39,515 bases of DNA, from the IMG/VR virus record IMGVR_UViG_3300022666_000336, positions 1 to 39,515 of that record; one strand, given 5' to 3'. Both the position numbers and the translations under genes were made by a program. Of this stretch, positions 35,978 through 39,515 are shown in pieces (the stretch's first letter is position 1; each line of letters opens with the position of its first letter). The notes beneath the pieces were generated by a model. The model was not told where the DNA came from and searched no databases. It saw nothing but the letters and a program-made list of their open reading frames with translations. The DNA comes from a virus (taxonomy: Duplodnaviria; Caudoviricetes).

Positions 35978-36636
35978 GCACCGCCATTGCAGAGGTTGAG
36001 GTTGTCCAGAAAGCATTGTCTGTACCGGAACAGGCCAAGGCCATTGTTATCATCACCGACAATGAAACATACATCAAAGCCGATGAAATACTCCAGAACA
36101 TAGCAGCACTGCAGAAAGAGATTGATGCGGCATTCGACCCGATCATTAATAAGGCGCACCAGGCACATAAAGAGGCTATTGCCCAGAAGAAGAAAGCCGA
36201 AGCCCCGCTGCAGGAAGCCGCAGGTATCCTGAAACCTCGCATGGCAGAATATCGCGCCGAACAGGAACGACTCAGGCAAGAGGCGGAGCGCATTGCCAGA
36301 GAGGAAGCCGCGAGACGAGAAGAAGAGGACCGGATAAACGCCGCTGCAGACCTGGAAGCACAGGGAGAAACAGAAGCAGCCGCACAGGTGCTTGATACCC
36401 CTGCCCCGGTTGTGGCACCGAAAGTGGCCAGCTTTACCCCGAGGACGGCAACGAAATTCAGAACGCAGTACAGCGCCACAGTTACAAATCTGCAAATGCT
36501 TATCAAGGCCGTGGCAGAAGGCAAGGTGCCTATCCAGGCATTGACGCCAAATACCCCGTTTCTGAATACGATGGCCAGAAACATGAAAGAAACACTCAAC
36601 TATCCGGGAGTAAAGGTTGACAAGAGGACTGTTTGA
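35974..36636 (+). CDS. Coiled-coil protein of the recombination module
   Basis: Long Glu/Arg/Ala helix; C-terminal YPGVKV; ATGA overlap start at 35974. Confidence 0.65.
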   Translation: MSTAIAEVEVVQKALSVPEQAKAIVIITDNETYIKADEILQNIAALQKEIDAAFDPIINKAHQAHKEAIAQKKKAEAPLQEAAGILKPRMAEYRAEQERLRQEAERIAREEAARREEEDRINAAADLEAQGETEAAAQVLDTPAPVVAPKVASFTPRTATKFRTQYSATVTNLQMLIKAVAEGKVPIQALTPNTPFLNTMARNMKETLNYPGVKVDKRTV

Positions 36637-37127
36637 TGAACGATCAGGAAGTTTTCGAGTGTGAGACGTACCACCTTACCATGCCGAAGGAGAAGCAGCA
36701 GGGTTTCTGCGCGCTCCGGAACAGGAAAGCCGAAGATAGTGATTACTGCCGGATATGTCCGATTGGGATCACGGCCGCGAAGAAAGAACCGTTCTTAGCT
36801 TACGATAATAAACTGGTAGTGAAAAAGGAGAATGAAATGCCAAACACAGATGGAAAAGTAGTTGCATCCAAAGTGTGCACTGATTGCAGAAGAGAATATA
36901 AGCCGACGAGCAATGTTCAAAAACGGTGCCCGGAATGTAAGGCGAAGAAGAAACCATCTGCAAAGAAAAAAGCAATCAGCGGAAAACGCACACAGCCACA
37001 ATCCAAGCACAACGGAAACGGGCACACCTGCACAGACTGTGCTGCCGAGAAAACGATCAATATCCTGATATCCGCCGGCATCATCGACGAAGGCAAGGTC
37101 GATGCAGCCCGGGCGCTGGTGGGATAA
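36633..37127 (+). CDS. Multi-CxxC zinc-binding protein
   Basis: CRIC, CTDC..EYKPTSNVQKRCPEC, CTDC motifs. Confidence 0.65.
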   Translation: MMNDQEVFECETYHLTMPKEKQQGFCALRNRKAEDSDYCRICPIGITAAKKEPFLAYDNKLVVKKENEMPNTDGKVVASKVCTDCRREYKPTSNVQKRCPECKAKKKPSAKKKAISGKRTQPQSKHNGNGHTCTDCAAEKTINILISAGIIDEGKVDAARALVG

Positions 37128-37129
37128 TT

Positions 37130-38836
37130 ATGGAGATAGTGGTCGACAACTTTGCCGGAGGCGGCGGGGCCAGCACAGGAATTGAAAAAGCCCTCGGACG
37201 ACCGATTGACATTGCCATTAACCACGATCCAGAGGCTATTGCAATGCACTTGGTAAATCATCCGAACACAAAGCATCTCTGCGAATCGGTCTGGAAAGTC
37301 AACCCCATGATTGAGTGTGCCGGCAGGCCGGTTGGTCTGGCATGGTTCAGCCCGGATTGCAAGCATTTCAGCAAAGCCAAGGGAACGAAACCGGTAAGTA
37401 AAAAGATTAGGGGCCTCGCATGGGTAGTTCTTCGGTGGGCAGCTACGGTAAAACCGCGCCTGATCATGCTTGAGAATGTCGAAGAGTTCATGACCTGGGG
37501 ACCAGTAGTAACGAATGAAAACGGTAAACAGTACCCCTGTCCAAAAAGACGAGGAAGGACGTACAGAAGTTTTATAAATGCCCTGAAAAAGTACGGTTAC
37601 GATGTCGAGGTAAGGATATTACGCGCCTGTGATTATGGCGATCCAACTATCCGGAAACGTCTTTTCCTTATTGCCCGGTGCGACGGTCTCCCTATCGTAT
37701 GGCCAGAACAGACACACGGAGATCCTAAAAGCGATGCAGTACAGAGCGGAAAACTGTTGCCATGGCGCACTGCTGCTGAGTGCATTAAGTGGGAAGTATC
37801 GTGCCCGTCGATATTTGAGCGCAAGAAGCCCCTGGCAGAAGCGACACAACGCAGAATAGCCAAGGGCATCAAACGATACGTTATCGACTCCCCGGACCCG
37901 TTCATAGTCACCTATTACGGTGATAAGAGAGGAGAGTTCCGGGGCCAACCGATAACCGAACCGCTGCGGACGCAGACAACTGAAAATAGGCACAGTGTTG
38001 TAATGCCATTTCTGGCTCGCACGGATATGCATAAATCCAATGCCGGTTGTGCTTATGATGTAAATGACCCGCTTAGAACGATTACGTCAAGTGGTGGACA
38101 TGCGATCGTCACTCCTCATCTCATTCCCCTGACTCATCAGGGCAGTGACCGAGTGAATGACATCAATGAACCATTACCGACCGTGACCGCTAAGCCTCGC
38201 CATGCCCTCGTATCAGCTTTTCTCGCAAAGCATTACGGTGGTGTTGTCGGTTCTGACCTTGAAAATCCAATAGGTACCTTTACAACTAAAGATCATCATT
38301 CTCTTGTGACCGCAAATCTTATCCGGAATATGGGCGGAAGCATAGGATATGGAGCAGATGAGCCAGCAAGAACCGTAACACAACGAGACAAAGACAGTCT
38401 CGTTACCACTCATATAGTTAAGCTAAAAGGCACAAACATAGGCCAAGATGCACGGAAACCACTGCAGACAATCACTGCAGGCGGGTACCATTTCGGAGAA
38501 GTCCGGGCCTTCCTGATGAAATATTATGGAACGGATCAAGACCCGAAACTACTGGAGCCACTCCATACCGTAACAACCAAAGATCGTTTTGGACTCGTTG
38601 CTGTCCACGGTGAAGAATATCAGATAGTCGACATCGGAATGAGGATGCTTGTACCACGCGAACTGTTCAGGGCGCAGGGATTCCCAGACAGCTATATTAT
38701 CGACCACGACATAAACGGCAAGCCATTTACGAAAACGGCACAGGTGAGAATGTGCGGAAATTCTGTTTGCCCGGGACTTGCTTCCGCTTTAGTAAAGGCA
38801 AATATGGTAACAGAAAAAGCTTTTGTATTGAATTAA
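37130..38836 (+). CDS. Orphan C5 DNA cytosine methyltransferase
   Basis: Motif I FAGGGG, IV SPDC, VI ENV, VIII RKRLF, IX RELFRAQGFP, X GNSV. Confidence 0.95.
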   Translation: MEIVVDNFAGGGGASTGIEKALGRPIDIAINHDPEAIAMHLVNHPNTKHLCESVWKVNPMIECAGRPVGLAWFSPDCKHFSKAKGTKPVSKKIRGLAWVVLRWAATVKPRLIMLENVEEFMTWGPVVTNENGKQYPCPKRRGRTYRSFINALKKYGYDVEVRILRACDYGDPTIRKRLFLIARCDGLPIVWPEQTHGDPKSDAVQSGKLLPWRTAAECIKWEVSCPSIFERKKPLAEATQRRIAKGIKRYVIDSPDPFIVTYYGDKRGEFRGQPITEPLRTQTTENRHSVVMPFLARTDMHKSNAGCAYDVNDPLRTITSSGGHAIVTPHLIPLTHQGSDRVNDINEPLPTVTAKPRHALVSAFLAKHYGGVVGSDLENPIGTFTTKDHHSLVTANLIRNMGGSIGYGADEPARTVTQRDKDSLVTTHIVKLKGTNIGQDARKPLQTITAGGYHFGEVRAFLMKYYGTDQDPKLLEPLHTVTTKDRFGLVAVHGEEYQIVDIGMRMLVPRELFRAQGFPDSYIIDHDINGKPFTKTAQVRMCGNSVCPGLASALVKANMVTEKAFVLN

Positions 38837-38860
38837 TGTAGCTCACACAGGAGGTTTTGA

Positions 38861-39058
38861 ATGCGGGTAGATATAGCATACATCAAAGCAATCATAGCAG
38901 CACGACGTCTTTTTAATTCACTTCCATTAGAAGAAATAGATTTTTACGAGAATGGAGAAAAGCTTGAAATACCAAAATAATTAATTAATGAATTTCAGTT
39001 TACAGGTCTGAGTAATACTGATTTTATTGATGAAGATTTGAATATTTTCCGGAAGTAG
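38861..39058 (+). pseudogene. Small gene interrupted by an in-frame TAA
   Basis: GGAGG RBS; 39 codons, TAA at 38978, then 25 more open codons to TAG just before the next RBS. Confidence 0.45.
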
Positions 39059-39080
39059 CCCATACAGGAGGTGGAAGTTT

Positions 39081-39296
39081 ATGGGAATAATATCTGTTGA
39101 TAAACTAGCAATGACAGCATTGTGGAAGCGTAAATTTTCGGGAGAGATTATAACTATGCAGCTAGATAAATGCTTGATGTGTGGAACTAAAATTACCGCA
39201 TCATCCGCTCTCTGGTTGAATGATCGGCCATACTGTTTTAGGTGCCATAATAACTATTTTACCTACAATGAGTTGATACCACTACAGGAGTCTTAG
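39081..39296 (+). CDS. Small zinc-ribbon protein
   Basis: CLMC and CFRC; GGAGG RBS. Confidence 0.6.
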   Translation: MGIISVDKLAMTALWKRKFSGEIITMQLDKCLMCGTKITASSALWLNDRPYCFRCHNNYFTYNELIPLQES

Positions 39297-39323
39297 GATT
39301 CCTCCCCTGAAAGGAGCAGGTGA

Positions 39324-39515
39324 ATGAAAATATATCTTTGGGTAGAAAATGAAGGATGGAAATTATTCGATAATCCAAGTAAGGAAGAGCTTGATAAAAG
39401 AAATATTATAATCGGCGACTCTGCGAAGATCTGCAACTATGCGAAGATCGGCAACTCTGCGAAGATCGGCAACTATGCGAAGATCGGCCACGCTGCGGAG
39501 ATCGGCGACTATGCG
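39324..39515 (+). CDS. Hexapeptide-repeat (left-handed beta-helix) protein, runs off window
   Basis: AAGGAG RBS; MKIYLW...IGDSAK ICNYAK IGNSAK IGNYAK IGHAAE IGDYA. Confidence 0.8.
   Translation, partial: MKIYLWVENEGWKLFDNPSKEELDKRNIIIGDSAKICNYAKIGNSAKIGNYAKIGHAAEIGDYA
39411..39515 (+). repeat. 18-bp coding tandem repeat
   Basis: Nearly six copies of ATCGGCAACTMTGCGAAG-like units. Confidence 0.92.

Larger units (their letters stand above)
1..39515. mobile_element. Temperate myovirus-type phage/prophage (partial; ends not in window)
   Basis: Contiguous lysis, tail, head, packaging, replication, immunity and recombination modules in lambdoid order; tail sheath and baseplate J present; no host genes. 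Confidence 0.97.

Noticed and set aside
38978-38980. Stop-codon reassignment
   Set aside because: TAA, TAG and TGA all terminate conserved genes normally elsewhere in the window
39411-39515. Possible CRISPR array
   Set aside because: 18-bp units are contiguous with no spacers and encode a hexapeptide repeat

Overview
The whole window is most of a temperate, contractile-tailed (myovirus-type) phage or prophage. No host genes, integrase, att site, tRNA, rRNA or CRISPR array were seen. Minus strand, in transcription order: cro-like and CII-like genes, small early genes, VRR-NUC, replication initiator, DnaC-like loader, terS/terL, portal, Mu gpF-like protein, protease/scaffold, major capsid, neck, sheath, tube, frameshifted tail chaperone, short tape measure, baseplate, two paralogous fibres and a lysis cassette. 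Plus strand: CI-like repressor, a secreted protein, and an early operon with a recombination module, a C5 DNA methyltransferase and a hexapeptide-repeat gene. The most unusual features are (1) virion-cluster proteins, including a tail fibre, that carry signal peptides, (2) an apparently circularly permuted BPL_N/class I GATase-like domain in a five-gene neck insert, (3) a stand-alone histidine-kinase H-box micro-protein, and (4) a readable regulatory layer of five operators, twin promoters, probably leaderless cI/cro, 11-bp repeats before terS and a two-hairpin early leader. All family assignments come from motif recognition and synteny by eye; no searches were run.
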